DNA of 32,000 nt. Source: Candidatus Helarchaeota archaeon (lineage in GTDB: Archaea > Asgardarchaeota > Lokiarchaeia > Helarchaeales > RDOG01). Every line of letters begins with the position of its first letter. The stretch's first letter is position 1. The position numbers and the translations under genes are program-made. Positions 8,058 through 21,819 of this stretch are shown piece by piece. The notes under the pieces were generated by a model. That model saw only the letters and a program-made list of their open reading frames with translations. It was not told the origin of the DNA and searched no databases. Location: the NCBI GenBank assembly GCA_029838215.1, contig JALGVI010000003.1:53350-85349 (forward strand), read 5' to 3'.

Positions 8058-9173
8058 TTGACTGGAAAAAAACGAAAAATTCGAGAAATTTCAATTAAAC
8101 GCGATGATATTAGTGTAGGATATTCGAAAATATCTGAAAGTCCTGGTGTCGATGAGGTAGTCATAAAACCCATTGGCTTCCCTTTGATTGCTCTAGGGGA
8201 AGAAAGACAATTCATACGAACTGATAATCCAAAACTCTTTAATTCGTATGCTATTGCTCAGTGGAGTGGAACTTACGTCACGGAAGGCACGTATATTTTT
8301 GATCAATTTCTATTTCCTGATTTTGCATTTGAGATAATTTCTGTCAAGCCTGGACCGGGTAAAATTACATCTGGCACTTCTATTGTGCTTCAGTCAAAGG
8401 AAAAGCTCATTCGCAAGGAATTTCCTAATGTTAGCTTTGACGATATCATCGGTAATCATGAAGCAAAGAGAAAATGTCAAATTATAATGAAGTACTTACA
8501 AGATCCTGACCGATTTGGAGAATGGATTCCGAAAAATGTCCTATTTTATGGACACTCCGGAACAGGAAAAACCATGACTGCAAAGGCTCTTGCAAATGCA
8601 ACTAACGTTCCGATATTCCTGATGAGAGCAACGGATTTAATCGGTTTACATGTTGGAGATGGCGCACGAAAGGTACATAACTTATATAGTGAAGCTTCAG
8701 AATCCAGTCCTTGCATCATTTTTATTGACGAATTGGATGCGATAGGTTTAGATCGAAAATACCAATCCATTCGTGGTGACGTGGCTGAAGTCGTGAATGC
8801 CCTTTTATCAGAAATGGATGGAATTACTAACCAATCAGGAATAGTTACAATAGGTGCCACCAATACACCTGCTTTACTTGATGATAGCATTAAAAACCGA
8901 TTTGAATCTTTGATAGAATTCAAGATCTTTGATGACAATGAGCGATATGAGTTCCTTGAAAAGTATTCAAGGCGACTTCCCATGCCATTCAAAATGGACT
9001 TGCATCGCTTGACGAACATGACAAAGAATTTATCCGGACGAGAATTAAAAGAAAAAATTCTTAAGAATGCATTACATCTTGCCATCCTTGAAGATAAGGA
9101 TGAAATCAATGAGGAAATCATCCAGAAGGTCATTATTCACGTGAAAACCTCAAAAAATCCAATGTTCACGTGA
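8058..9173 (+). CDS. AAA+ ATPase with a beta-rich N-domain and a single classical AAA module (COG1223-like)
   Basis: Walker A is GHSGTGKTMTAKA and Walker B is CIIFIDELDA. The second region of homology is ATNTPALLDDSIKNRF. The N-terminal ~125 aa (FEIISVKPGPGKITSGTSIVL) resembles Cdc48/VAT-type N-domains. Only a TTG start (8058) is available in frame. Confidence 0.85.
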   Translation: MTGKKRKIREISIKRDDISVGYSKISESPGVDEVVIKPIGFPLIALGEERQFIRTDNPKLFNSYAIAQWSGTYVTEGTYIFDQFLFPDFAFEIISVKPGPGKITSGTSIVLQSKEKLIRKEFPNVSFDDIIGNHEAKRKCQIIMKYLQDPDRFGEWIPKNVLFYGHSGTGKTMTAKALANATNVPIFLMRATDLIGLHVGDGARKVHNLYSEASESSPCIIFIDELDAIGLDRKYQSIRGDVAEVVNALLSEMDGITNQSGIVTIGATNTPALLDDSIKNRFESLIEFKIFDDNERYEFLEKYSRRLPMPFKMDLHRLTNMTKNLSGRELKEKILKNALHLAILEDKDEINEEIIQKVIIHVKTSKNPMFT

Positions 9174-9217
9174 ATTTTTAGCACGGTTCTTTTTTTAATT
9201 CAAGGAAGAATTTATAC

Positions 9218-9760
9218 ATGAAACCTGAAATGAAAATATTCACGTTAGTTGGTATGCCCGGTGCAGGTAAGTCTGAAGCCACGAAATTAATCGAAGATCT
9301 CGGCATTCCCGTCATCATTATGGGTGATGTAATTCGTGAAGAGATGCGCCGTAACGGCATCGAACTCACGCGTGAAAATATGGGAAAATTCACACGAGAA
9401 ATTCGTGAGCACTTAGGATGGGACATTGTTGCTAAAAAATGCGTGGAAAAGATCAAAAATATCGAAGCAGATATTCTTATCATTGATGGAGTACGAAATC
9501 CTGAAGAAATCGAATATTTCAAAAACAATTTAGAAAAATTTAAGGTAATATATGTCAAAGCCTCTCCCGAAACACGATTCCAACGCTTGCGTGCACGTGG
9601 TCGTGTTGATGATCCATTCACATTTGATGATTTCAAGAAAAGAGATGAACGTGAATTATCATTCGGCATAAAGAAGATCATGGATCAAGCCGATTATACA
9701 ATCGACAATGAGCATGATAGAGAACATTTAAAAGCTCAGATTCTGAAAATTATCTCATGA
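9218..9760 (+). CDS. UPF0200-family P-loop NMP-kinase-like protein (adenylate/dephospho-CoA-kinase-like fold)
   Basis: MKIFTLVGMPGAGKSE (P-loop) followed by GIPVIIMGDVIREEMRRNG matches the archaeal UPF0200 pattern. The start is either ATG 9218 or ATG 9230. The stop overlaps the next gene's ATG (ATGA). Confidence 0.6.
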   Translation: MKPEMKIFTLVGMPGAGKSEATKLIEDLGIPVIIMGDVIREEMRRNGIELTRENMGKFTREIREHLGWDIVAKKCVEKIKNIEADILIIDGVRNPEEIEYFKNNLEKFKVIYVKASPETRFQRLRARGRVDDPFTFDDFKKRDERELSFGIKKIMDQADYTIDNEHDREHLKAQILKIIS

Positions 9761-10818
9761 ACCTATTTTTTATAATCCTAGATGGTTGCTCCCATAAAGC
9801 ATTACAGCTGGCTTCCACGCCATTTCTTGATAATATCTCAAGCTTTACAGTAATGGCTAATGCCGTGCTACCAACGGCTACTTATACGGGTCACTCTTCG
9901 ATAATGACGGGAACCCCACCAAACACTCACGGCATCATTGGAAATGTTTTTTTAGATCGAACTGAAAACCGAATCAAAGATTTCGATGATCATGACGTGA
10001 ACGAATACTTGCTTTGTCCAACGGCTTTCGAGCATTTGGGTGCTTTGCCGGGTGCCGCAATTTGCGAGCCAGTAACTCGTGGAGCAAAATACATCAAGGC
10101 AATGAATGAGATTAATCAACAGCCCGGAGAAATGAGGGATGAAATCGTATTTAAAGACTTACTGCATGCCTTAAAAAAACCTGCCTTAAAACTCTTTGTC
10201 GCCAACTTTTCTGGAATTGACTACATGGGGGAAAATTACGGTGAACGGAGTTCACGATATCTTGAAGAGATATCAATAGTCGATGATTATCTTAAAGAGA
10301 TATATAAAAGAAGTAATGAAAATAGCCTTTTTCTAATCACGGCAGATCACGGCATGACAAGTGCCCGAGAAAATTTGGACTTACAGTCTCTATTTTTAAA
10401 CGAAGGAATTAAAGACGTGATTTGCTTGGCCACACATCGAGCCTCTCATGTTTATGCAAGAGAAAGAGATCTTGAACGAATGACACGGATTCTTGCAAAG
10501 AACGAAAAAATTGATGTAATCTTGAGCAAGGAAGAAATTTCGGCACGCAATCTAAACCATGAACGATGTGGTGATATCGTGGTTTTTGCCAAGAAAGGAT
10601 ATGAATTAAGTAATCATGAAATGGTAGGAAGCCATGGTGGGTTGGACAATCTCGAAAGAGAAGTACCAATTCTCGTGTTTGATAAAAATATTAACGAGAA
10701 AATACGTTTTGATGAGATGCGGTCAAATTATTCAATAATGGACCTCTTGCCCACCGCCCTAAAAATATTAAAACATGAGGTACCATCGTTTTTGTGTGGA
10801 AAAAGTTTGATTCTCTGA
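9757..10818 (+). CDS. Alkaline-phosphatase-superfamily type I phosphodiesterase / nucleotide pyrophosphatase (NPP-like)
   Basis: FFIILDGCS is the metal-ligand Asp block. PTATYTGHSSIMTGTPPNTHGIIGN carries the nucleophile Thr and the HGI motif. ITADHGM and GSHGG are the distal metal ligands. Confidence 0.75.
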   Translation: MNLFFIILDGCSHKALQLASTPFLDNISSFTVMANAVLPTATYTGHSSIMTGTPPNTHGIIGNVFLDRTENRIKDFDDHDVNEYLLCPTAFEHLGALPGAAICEPVTRGAKYIKAMNEINQQPGEMRDEIVFKDLLHALKKPALKLFVANFSGIDYMGENYGERSSRYLEEISIVDDYLKEIYKRSNENSLFLITADHGMTSARENLDLQSLFLNEGIKDVICLATHRASHVYARERDLERMTRILAKNEKIDVILSKEEISARNLNHERCGDIVVFAKKGYELSNHEMVGSHGGLDNLEREVPILVFDKNINEKIRFDEMRSNYSIMDLLPTALKILKHEVPSFLCGKSLIL

Positions 10819-10847
10819 AGAATCCTAAAAATTAAGTAATGAAATAA

Positions 10848-11297
10848 TTAACGGATGGGTTTCTCTTTCTTTCCTTCAACCAATGCCTTTAAAGAAACGC
10901 CATTTATCTTCGTGACCTTCCAACGCACGCCGGGTAAATCTCCAATAGCCCGTCCTTTTGCACCGCCAATTCCTTCAACGATCACTTCATCGTGTTCATC
11001 AATGAAAGTAAGTGCACCATCGCCCGGGAGGAAAGCCGTGATCTGTTTTCCGTTCTTAATGAGTTGAATCCGCACGCATTTTCGAATGCCTGAGTTGGGT
11101 TGTTTTGTCTCAATACCTACTTTTTCGAGCACGATCCCTTTTGCTTGCGGAGCACCTTCTAAAGGATCTGTTTTAACATCTAAACCCAAAACTCGTCGTT
11201 TATATCGAATGTCTTTCCAACGAAAATGTTTCCTTTTTTCTTTAAGGCTTCTTCCGGCCATTAATCCGTTTGGTGATTTTTTTACTATTTTAATCAA
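10848..11297 (-). CDS. rps12: 30S ribosomal protein S12 (uS12; eukaryotic S23 type)
   Basis: [67 protein letters not shown] and [10 protein letters not shown] are uS12 blocks. The conserved N-terminus can only be included with the TTG start at 11297. Confidence 0.95.
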   Translation of the reverse strand: MIKIVKKSPNGLMAGRSLKEKRKHFRWKDIRYKRRVLGLDVKTDPLEGAPQAKGIVLEKVGIETKQPNSGIRKCVRIQLIKNGKQITAFLPGDGALTFIDEHDEVIVEGIGGAKGRAIGDLPGVRWKVTKINGVSLKALVEGKKEKPIR

Positions 11298-11464
11298 CTC
11301 TTTATCTTGAGTGTTCTAAATTCCTTCAACTCAATATGGATGTTTGGAAACGTAAAACACGGCGAATATTTAAAATTTGTGTGATTTCCAAAGGAAAGAT
11401 TAAATTAAAATTTTTTTCTATTCTAAATTGTATTCGTAAGATCCACATCTGGGTGCTTGGTACC

Positions 11465-12634
11465 ATGACTTTGGAAAAATATAGGGATGATATTTATACT
11501 TGTAATAGATCTCGGTGCGGATTCTGCAGGGAACTCTGTCCTGTCTATTCTCAGCTAAAATATGAAGCGTATAGTTCTCGGGGAAAAATGCAGATTGCCC
11601 GGGGGTTGTTAGAAGGCATCATAGAGCCTGATGATGCGCTCATGGAATGCTTGAGTTTATGCACTTTATGTGGGTATTGCAAGGCACGTTGTGCCCTTCA
11701 AAACGTTGAAATCTTTAAAGAGCTCAGGGAAAGTCTCGTGAAGAAGGGATTCGAGAATAAATATCACAAAAAAGCAATAAAAAGCATACAGGAAAATAAA
11801 TCTCCATTCGGTCCTCAGAAGGAAGGACAAAAATCAAGTTGGGCACAAGGATTGGAATTTGACCAGAACTCCAACGTGTTGTTTTTTGTTGGTTGTAGCT
11901 ATCCACGTTCTTTCCCCCAAGTTCTTAAAAATATTCATGAGTTTTTAGCTAAAGTTGACATCAAGTTGGCTTATTTAGGTGATGAAGAAGATTGTTGTGG
12001 ACTCATGATGGATCTTACAGGATATCGAGACGAATTTGAGCTTTATAAGAAAAATTATAAGGAACGGCTCTTACAATTGGGAATCGATACCATAATGACT
12101 CCGTGTCCTGGCTGTTATAAGATACTAAAAAGTTCGTATTTTAATCCTGAAGATGATTCTACTAAAATTAAGGTCGTTCATTTTATTGAATTCGTGGCAA
12201 ACCTAATAGCGAAAAAAAAGATTTCATTCAAGAAAAAGATTGACATGACGATTACCTGGCACGATCCGTGTGATCTGGGACGCCACATGGGCATATTCGA
12301 AGAACCTCGAACCATATTAAAGTCCATCCCTGGTATAAAACTCGTGGAAATGAAAAATAATCGGTATCAAGCGCGATGTTGCGGCTCTGGAGGCGGAATG
12401 CTCACATCCAATGCTGATATATCCATTGATGTTGCAATTCAACGTCTTGAAGAAGCCGAAGAAACTGGTGCTGAAGCTCTAGTTACAATGTGTCCTACCT
12501 GTGAATCGATTTTTGAAAAAGCAATTCGATATACCGATTCTGCGATGAAACTCTACGATCTTTCCGAATTGCTTTTAAATACTTGTAATGGAGATACAAG
12601 GAAGAACACGGGATCTGCCAAAGATTTTTTTTAA
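11465..12634 (+). CDS. HdrD/GlcF/GlpC-like iron-sulfur oxidoreductase subunit (2x ferredoxin-type clusters plus 2x CCG domains)
   Basis: The Cys clusters are CNRSRCGFCRELCP and CTLCGYCKARC. The CCG-domain motifs are EDCCGLM...PCPGC and ARCCGSGGG...CPTCE. I place the start at MTLEKY (ATG 11465). The ORF track's 11336 start adds 43 poorly protein-like residues across the divergent promoter region. Confidence 0.75.
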   Translation: MTLEKYRDDIYTCNRSRCGFCRELCPVYSQLKYEAYSSRGKMQIARGLLEGIIEPDDALMECLSLCTLCGYCKARCALQNVEIFKELRESLVKKGFENKYHKKAIKSIQENKSPFGPQKEGQKSSWAQGLEFDQNSNVLFFVGCSYPRSFPQVLKNIHEFLAKVDIKLAYLGDEEDCCGLMMDLTGYRDEFELYKKNYKERLLQLGIDTIMTPCPGCYKILKSSYFNPEDDSTKIKVVHFIEFVANLIAKKKISFKKKIDMTITWHDPCDLGRHMGIFEEPRTILKSIPGIKLVEMKNNRYQARCCGSGGGMLTSNADISIDVAIQRLEEAEETGAEALVTMCPTCESIFEKAIRYTDSAMKLYDLSELLLNTCNGDTRKNTGSAKDFF

Positions 12635-12657
12635 ACTCAGCCTAATTTTATAGATGA

Positions 12658-13758
12658 TTGAAAGTGAAAATCATAAAAAATAGCGGTATTCATCTAATCG
12701 CAGATGACGTGCATGTTGTCATTGATCCGACCTCCGTGAGAGCTGCAAATGAAGCCGATTTGATTCTCATTTCTCATGCACACTCTGATCACCATCCCAG
12801 CTCATTAAAAAACGTGACACCATTGAAATTGATGAGTGAACCCACGTATCTACTATTATCGAATAAGAAAAAAGGACCAATCTCGCATTTTCATCTTTTA
12901 AAACCGTTCCAAACGCCACGAGATGAATTTGTTTTTGAAAAAAATGGTGACGCCATTAGGATTCAAGCACATCCTGCAGGACATGTGGTTGGAAGCATGC
13001 AATTCTTAATTTCTTTTAACGGCGAAAAAGTGATTTACACGGGGGATTTTTGTCTTGATGATAGATGCGGCATGGAAAAATCAATGATATTGCAAGCCGA
13101 AAATGGAACCTTAATAATAGATAGCACGTATTTTGACAAGGTCGATTCTTTTCCATCTCGCAAGAGAACGTACGTCCGCCTATTGCGGTGGCTTCACCAG
13201 AATTTTAAAAAACCCGGTAAAAAAAGTGCTGTTATCATCGCCCAGCGGTTGGGAACTTGCCAAGAAATTGCTGCTTTGATAAATAATTATTCCACAATTG
13301 AAAATTACAAAATTCATGTCCATGCACAAGTATTTGAGAGCAATCTAGTGCATGCTAAGTTCTCGAGTCTCCAATATTTTTATAAAAAACGTGTTTTCGA
13401 AGAAGAATCTCGGAATACGTGTCGAAATCAGTCCTCTTTAACGTCTTTTTTTGAAACTGAAATGAATAATGGCTCGGGCGTTTCAGATGGTAATGGGAAC
13501 AAGCGATTCATCGGGCAAGTAGGGGCAAAACTGATTTTTCTATTGCCTTTCAATTATGTCCGAAAAATTCAAGAATTGGTTGAGTTTTATGGTGCTGATT
13601 CCATTGCAGTCTGCACGGGTTGGGCCGAAACAAAAATGTTTAAACCCTTGGAAACCGAATTTGGAATTCAGCTATTTCCTTTAACTTCTCATGCTGCTCG
13701 AGTCGATATTCAAAGGTACGAGAAGGAATCGAAAGCAAAAAAAGTCATTTACGTTTAA
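12658..13758 (+). CDS. Metallo-beta-lactamase-fold hydrolase, small beta-CASP-like putative nuclease
   Basis: The MBL motifs are ISHAHSDHH (HxHxDH), AGHVVGS and YTGDF. IIDSTY resembles beta-CASP motif A, and the C-terminal LTSHAARVDI resembles motif B. TTG start at 12658. Confidence 0.7.
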   Translation: MKVKIIKNSGIHLIADDVHVVIDPTSVRAANEADLILISHAHSDHHPSSLKNVTPLKLMSEPTYLLLSNKKKGPISHFHLLKPFQTPRDEFVFEKNGDAIRIQAHPAGHVVGSMQFLISFNGEKVIYTGDFCLDDRCGMEKSMILQAENGTLIIDSTYFDKVDSFPSRKRTYVRLLRWLHQNFKKPGKKSAVIIAQRLGTCQEIAALINNYSTIENYKIHVHAQVFESNLVHAKFSSLQYFYKKRVFEEESRNTCRNQSSLTSFFETEMNNGSGVSDGNGNKRFIGQVGAKLIFLLPFNYVRKIQELVEFYGADSIAVCTGWAETKMFKPLETEFGIQLFPLTSHAARVDIQRYEKESKAKKVIYV

Positions 13759-13778
13759 TTTTTTTGAAGTGGTTTGAT

Positions 13779-14780
13779 ATGCCTGAAGAACACAGGATTT
13801 TGATTTCAGGATCGGCGGCTTTTGACGTGATTGCATTTACAGGTGAACCTATTTCTGACATTTTTAGTAATGCTCTCACGAATAAGGAAGATTCTGAAGC
13901 ACGAATAAGCATATCTTTTTTGGTAAATAAGAGCGTGTCTTTTGGAGGTACTGCGTTAAATATTGCATACAATGTGAAACTGCTTGGAGGCAATCCTCTT
14001 CCCATTTCGTGCGTGGGTAAGGATTTTTTCAGCAGAAAGTATGAAGAGCATTTGAAACAATTGAACATGGATACGTCCGGTCTGGACATCAATGAAAATG
14101 AGGATACTGCCGAAGCTTATATCGTTACTGGAAGTAAGGGCGGTCAAATGTCCATCTTCCATACCGGTGCCTTGCAATATTGTTGCGAAATCGACATCGA
14201 GAAAAAAATCGCCGGAAAAAATATCTTCATGGGGATCGTTTCTCCAAATCCTCCCGAAACGATGTTAGCCCACGCGATGAAACTTGCCGAATTGAAAATT
14301 CCATACGTGGCAGATCCCGGTCAGATGATAAATGTATTCTCTCAAGATGATCTCATCAAATTCGTGTCGAGTGCTACCATCTTGATCGTGAATGATTTCG
14401 AAGCAACACTTGTTGAAAACCGAACTGGGAAGAAATTGAACGAAATGGTTTCGATTCGGCTCATTACTCAAGGGGAAAAAGGCGTATTGATTCAATTCAA
14501 GGATGAGGAACTGCACGTGCCAGCCATAAAAATAAAAAAACTGGTAGATCCAACTGGGGCTGGTGATGCTTTTCGGGGAGGCTTCTTGTTGGCACTATCA
14601 AAGCTATGCAAATCCGTTGGAGACATAACACTTGAAAAACTTCGACTTGCATCACAAGTAGGTGCCGTGACAGGAGGTGCTGCCGTGGAATGTAGTGGAA
14701 CTCAAAATCACATTTTCACAAAAAATGAGTTCCGTGCCCGTTATGAAGAAAATTATTCAAAACTCGAAATCCCCTTATAA
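13779..14780 (+). CDS. PfkB-family (ribokinase-like) sugar/nucleoside kinase
   Basis: The N-terminal GGTALNIAYN matches the GG motif region. The C-terminal DPTGAGDAFRGGF is the PfkB signature 2. ATG 13779 is preferred over the TTG at 13764 used in the ORF track. Confidence 0.85.
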   Translation: MPEEHRILISGSAAFDVIAFTGEPISDIFSNALTNKEDSEARISISFLVNKSVSFGGTALNIAYNVKLLGGNPLPISCVGKDFFSRKYEEHLKQLNMDTSGLDINENEDTAEAYIVTGSKGGQMSIFHTGALQYCCEIDIEKKIAGKNIFMGIVSPNPPETMLAHAMKLAELKIPYVADPGQMINVFSQDDLIKFVSSATILIVNDFEATLVENRTGKKLNEMVSIRLITQGEKGVLIQFKDEELHVPAIKIKKLVDPTGAGDAFRGGFLLALSKLCKSVGDITLEKLRLASQVGAVTGGAAVECSGTQNHIFTKNEFRARYEENYSKLEIPL

Positions 14781-14839
14781 TTCTCTTGAATTTAATCGGG
14801 CTCGAGTCTTCTTTTCTTCTTTCCAAAAAATATTGAGTC

Positions 14840-15265
14840 TTAAGATATTACTACATCATCAATGTCATAATGGCGTTTTGCTAACATTCGAGACTTTGCC
14901 ACGTTTTTTCCTGCCTTCCCAATGGCGATGCCTTTATCTCTTCCATCAACGGTCACTAAGGCAACTTTCCTTCCGTCTCGTTTTTCATTTATAATGATAT
15001 TCTTTATTTTTGCGGGACTTAAAGTGTTCGATATAAATTTTTCTGCAGAGTCGGCGTATTCTACTACATCAATCTGCTTGTGTAAGAAGTCTCTGACGCG
15101 TTTAATATTTACGCCGCGCTTCCCAATAGCAAGTCCAATATTGCCTGATTTAACAATGAAGATGATGCGATCGTCATCTACAATGCAATCTCTGGCAACG
15201 GCTCCCGTGATACTTTCAAAAAGAGAAATAAAGCGAATTTCTTCGTCTCCGAGTTTTATTGGCAT
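14840..15265 (-). CDS. nusA: Archaeal NusA-like transcription termination/antitermination factor (two KH domains)
   Basis: There are two KH GxxG loops, GLAIGKRGVNIKRV and GIAIGKAGKNVAKS. It is 141 aa long and sits in the conserved position after rpl30e. Confidence 0.9.
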   Translation of the reverse strand: MPIKLGDEEIRFISLFESITGAVARDCIVDDDRIIFIVKSGNIGLAIGKRGVNIKRVRDFLHKQIDVVEYADSAEKFISNTLSPAKIKNIIINEKRDGRKVALVTVDGRDKGIAIGKAGKNVAKSRMLAKRHYDIDDVVIS

Positions 15266-15356
15266 TTCTATAAGTACTTCCTCAATTATATAATCTCTAA
15301 ACTTATTTTATAAGGTTCGCGTGCTTTTAAACCTGTTTTTTCCTTGAAATTTATTT

Positions 15357-15656
15357 TTAACTTAGTCGTAATATATCTTGAGAATCACCCGGGTCAATCA
15401 CGGCTAAAGTAGAAACAAGATGATACCTGCCACAGATTTCGCCCAAATCACGACTTGACCCTTTATACGTATGTAATTTTATTTCTGCGATTTTGCAATA
15501 ATGTTGCAGTTCTTTGGAAAGACCTTCCGGGCAGTTTGCTGCCTTTATGATCAATTTTGCTTTTTTCTGCCTGATTGCTTGCATTGAATTCTTATTTCCC
15601 AAGAAAATCTTGCCTGTTTTCAATGCAATTTTTATGGCTTTGTCCTCGTCAATCAT
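15357..15656 (-). CDS. rpl30e: 50S ribosomal protein L30e (eL30)
   Basis: ALKTGKIFLGNKNSMQAIRQKKAKLIIKAANCP...GSSRDLGEICGR...STLAVIDPGDS matches the eL30 pattern. It holds the canonical position between rpoA2 and nusA. Confidence 0.9.
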   Translation of the reverse strand: MIDEDKAIKIALKTGKIFLGNKNSMQAIRQKKAKLIIKAANCPEGLSKELQHYCKIAEIKLHTYKGSSRDLGEICGRYHLVSTLAVIDPGDSQDILRLS

Positions 15657-15799
15657 GAAGACTCGTATCCTTTAATATTTTGGGTTACACATACAACTTA
15701 GTTCTTTTAAAGATTTGTTTTAATCAATTTTTTTATTCATTTTCTTTATGATTTTGAGTAATAAAGGATTGAACTTTATCATTATTTAAATAATTGTCA

Positions 15800-19901
<4,102 letters not shown>

Positions 19902-20150
19902 TTTTTCTTCTCAACCGTTTAAAAATTCATTAATCAAATTAGAATTGCAGAGAACCCCTATCACGATTGGATTCTGGTGTTATGTGGAAAGGATTTTTCA
20001 GTGATGGGATGCGCGATCAACTCTTTAATTGATTAAAACTTTGAAAAATTCACTAAGAAGGGAATTAAGACTCACTAAAAATTATGGTTGCTCTTTAAAT
20101 TTCCATTGCGAAAATCTTTATAAATTTTTCGATAAGTTTCGGATGTTTTA

Positions 20151-21809
20151 TCAAATTGTCGGTTTTGGTTGCCTATCTGGTGGAAGTCCCGGCATTGGTG
20201 CTCCAGCATGCGCTTCTGGAGACATTAATTTTGCGGCAACAACATCATCAATTCGAAGAATCATTGAAGCCGCTTCAACCGCAGATCTAAGCTCTTGAAT
20301 TTTTACCCAAAGTGGTTCAATAACCCCTATCTCGAACATGTTTGCAATTTTCCCGTCATATAGATTAAGGGCAAGCCATTTACTTTCTGGATTTTCATGA
20401 GCTGCTCGCAATAATACCAAATTATCGATGGGATCGAATCCTGAATTAGTTATTAACGTTCGAGTAATGGCTTCGAGTGCATCACAATAAATTTCGATGG
20501 CTAGTTGCTCTTTCCCTCCGACCGTTTGAGCAAAACGGCGTATGTTCTTTGCCAATTCAACTTCTACGGAGCCACCACCTCCTAAAACTTTATTCTTTTG
20601 TAAAACATCAGCAATTACTGAGAAACCATCGTGTAGAGCTCTTTCTGCTTCATCAAGTAGATTATCCACTCCACCACGAAGAAGAACTGCCACGGACTTT
20701 GGATTTTTGCAACCCTCGATAAAAATAAACTTTTTGTTACTAACTAATCTTTCTTCTACTAACTCAGCCTCGCCCAAGTCATCTTCAACCAAATCATTTA
20801 TATCCGTTATAATCTTGCCTTGGGTGGCCATCTTGAGTTTTATCATTTCTTTCTTCTTAATCCTGCTGATTGCCATGATACCCTCTTGGAGCATGAATTC
20901 TTGGGCTATGTCATTAATTCCTTTTTGGCAAAAAACGATAGTTGCTCCTGTTTTTTTAATCTTGTCAACCATTCGTGCAAGGATTTCCTCTTCTTCATCA
21001 TGCAATGCTTTGATTTGTTTTATGTCCGTTATTCTTATTTGGGCATCAATTTTTGTTTTTTCAATTTCCAGCGGACAATCAATTAATGCAATTTTTGCAT
21101 TCACGATTTTTCTTGGCATTTCTGGATGAGCGATATTTTCTGCAATTATTGCTCCCTTTATGAGTTTAGTATCTGTCAGACTTCCTCCCTGACGTTTTTG
21201 GATCTGGATCCTTTCAACGTTCACTTGGATTTCAGTCCCGCGTGTTTCCTTAATGGACATAACGGCTTCCACGCAGATTTTTGCGAACCTATCCTTGACC
21301 GTTGAAACCGCTTTACTATTCAAGGAAGTCAAAGCTATTTTATGTAATATGTCCGTGTCTTTTTCAGGATCGATAGAAATGGAAATATCTTCAAGAATTT
21401 CTTCTGATTTTGAAAGAGCTTTTTTAAATCCTTTAACAATATGTGTTGGATGAACTTTCAAGTCAAGAAGGATTTCTGAACGCTTAAGCAGTTCTCCCGT
21501 CATGATCACGGCAGATGTAGTGCCATCCCCTACTTCATCATCCAAGGCTCTTGCTACTTCTACAATCATCTTCCCTGCTGGATGTTCTATTTCGAGTTCC
21601 TCAAGGATCGTGGCTCCATCATTTGTGATGACGATGCCTCCAAGTCGATCTACGAGCATTTTATCCATGCCGCGCGGTCCAAGCGTGCTTTTAACCGCTT
21701 CACTAATGACTCTGGCTGCTTTTATGTTTATTTTTTGGGCGTCTTGTCCTTCTACTCTTTTGCTACCTTCTTTTAATATCACTACAGGCTTGCCTGTTAA
21801 TTGTGTCAT
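20151..21809 (-). CDS. ths: Thermosome subunit (group II chaperonin, CCT/TCP-1 family)
   Basis: [22 protein letters not shown] and [10 protein letters not shown] are the TCP-1 signatures. Length 552 aa. Confidence 0.95.
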   Translation of the reverse strand: MTQLTGKPVVILKEGSKRVEGQDAQKINIKAARVISEAVKSTLGPRGMDKMLVDRLGGIVITNDGATILEELEIEHPAGKMIVEVARALDDEVGDGTTSAVIMTGELLKRSEILLDLKVHPTHIVKGFKKALSKSEEILEDISISIDPEKDTDILHKIALTSLNSKAVSTVKDRFAKICVEAVMSIKETRGTEIQVNVERIQIQKRQGGSLTDTKLIKGAIIAENIAHPEMPRKIVNAKIALIDCPLEIEKTKIDAQIRITDIKQIKALHDEEEEILARMVDKIKKTGATIVFCQKGINDIAQEFMLQEGIMAISRIKKKEMIKLKMATQGKIITDINDLVEDDLGEAELVEERLVSNKKFIFIEGCKNPKSVAVLLRGGVDNLLDEAERALHDGFSVIADVLQKNKVLGGGGSVEVELAKNIRRFAQTVGGKEQLAIEIYCDALEAITRTLITNSGFDPIDNLVLLRAAHENPESKWLALNLYDGKIANMFEIGVIEPLWVKIQELRSAVEAASMILRIDDVVAAKLMSPEAHAGAPMPGLPPDRQPKPTI

Positions 21810-21819
21810 GCTTTTTTAC

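Noticed and set aside
8546-9681. Minus-strand ORFs of 195 aa (8546-9133) and 167 aa (9178-9681) antisense to the AAA ATPase and UPF0200 kinase
   Set aside because: The opposite-strand genes carry unambiguous Walker/P-loop motifs. The antisense translations are Ser/Arg/Phe-rich with no recognisable domain.
11336-11464. The 43-aa N-terminal extension of the HdrD-like ORF (MDVWKRKTRRIFKICVISKGKIKLKFFSILNCIRKIHIWVLGT)
   Set aside because: The composition is not protein-like and it spans the AT-rich divergent promoter region shared with rps12. The conserved Fe-S domain begins right after the internal Met at 11465.
19902-20150. The ~250-nt spacer between the thermosome gene and rpoA1, examined for a small RNA or an rpoH-like small ORF. 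It includes the listed ORFs 19810-20004 and 20029-20298, and a GTGATGG / GTGATAG C-box-like element.
   Set aside because: There is no convincing box C/D pair, no stable extended structure seen by eye, and no small ORF with protein-like composition. The listed ORFs run antisense into flanking genes. The spacer is most simply a promoter/5'-UTR region for rpoA1 (TATA-like TTTATAAAG and TTTTTAAA on the minus strand).
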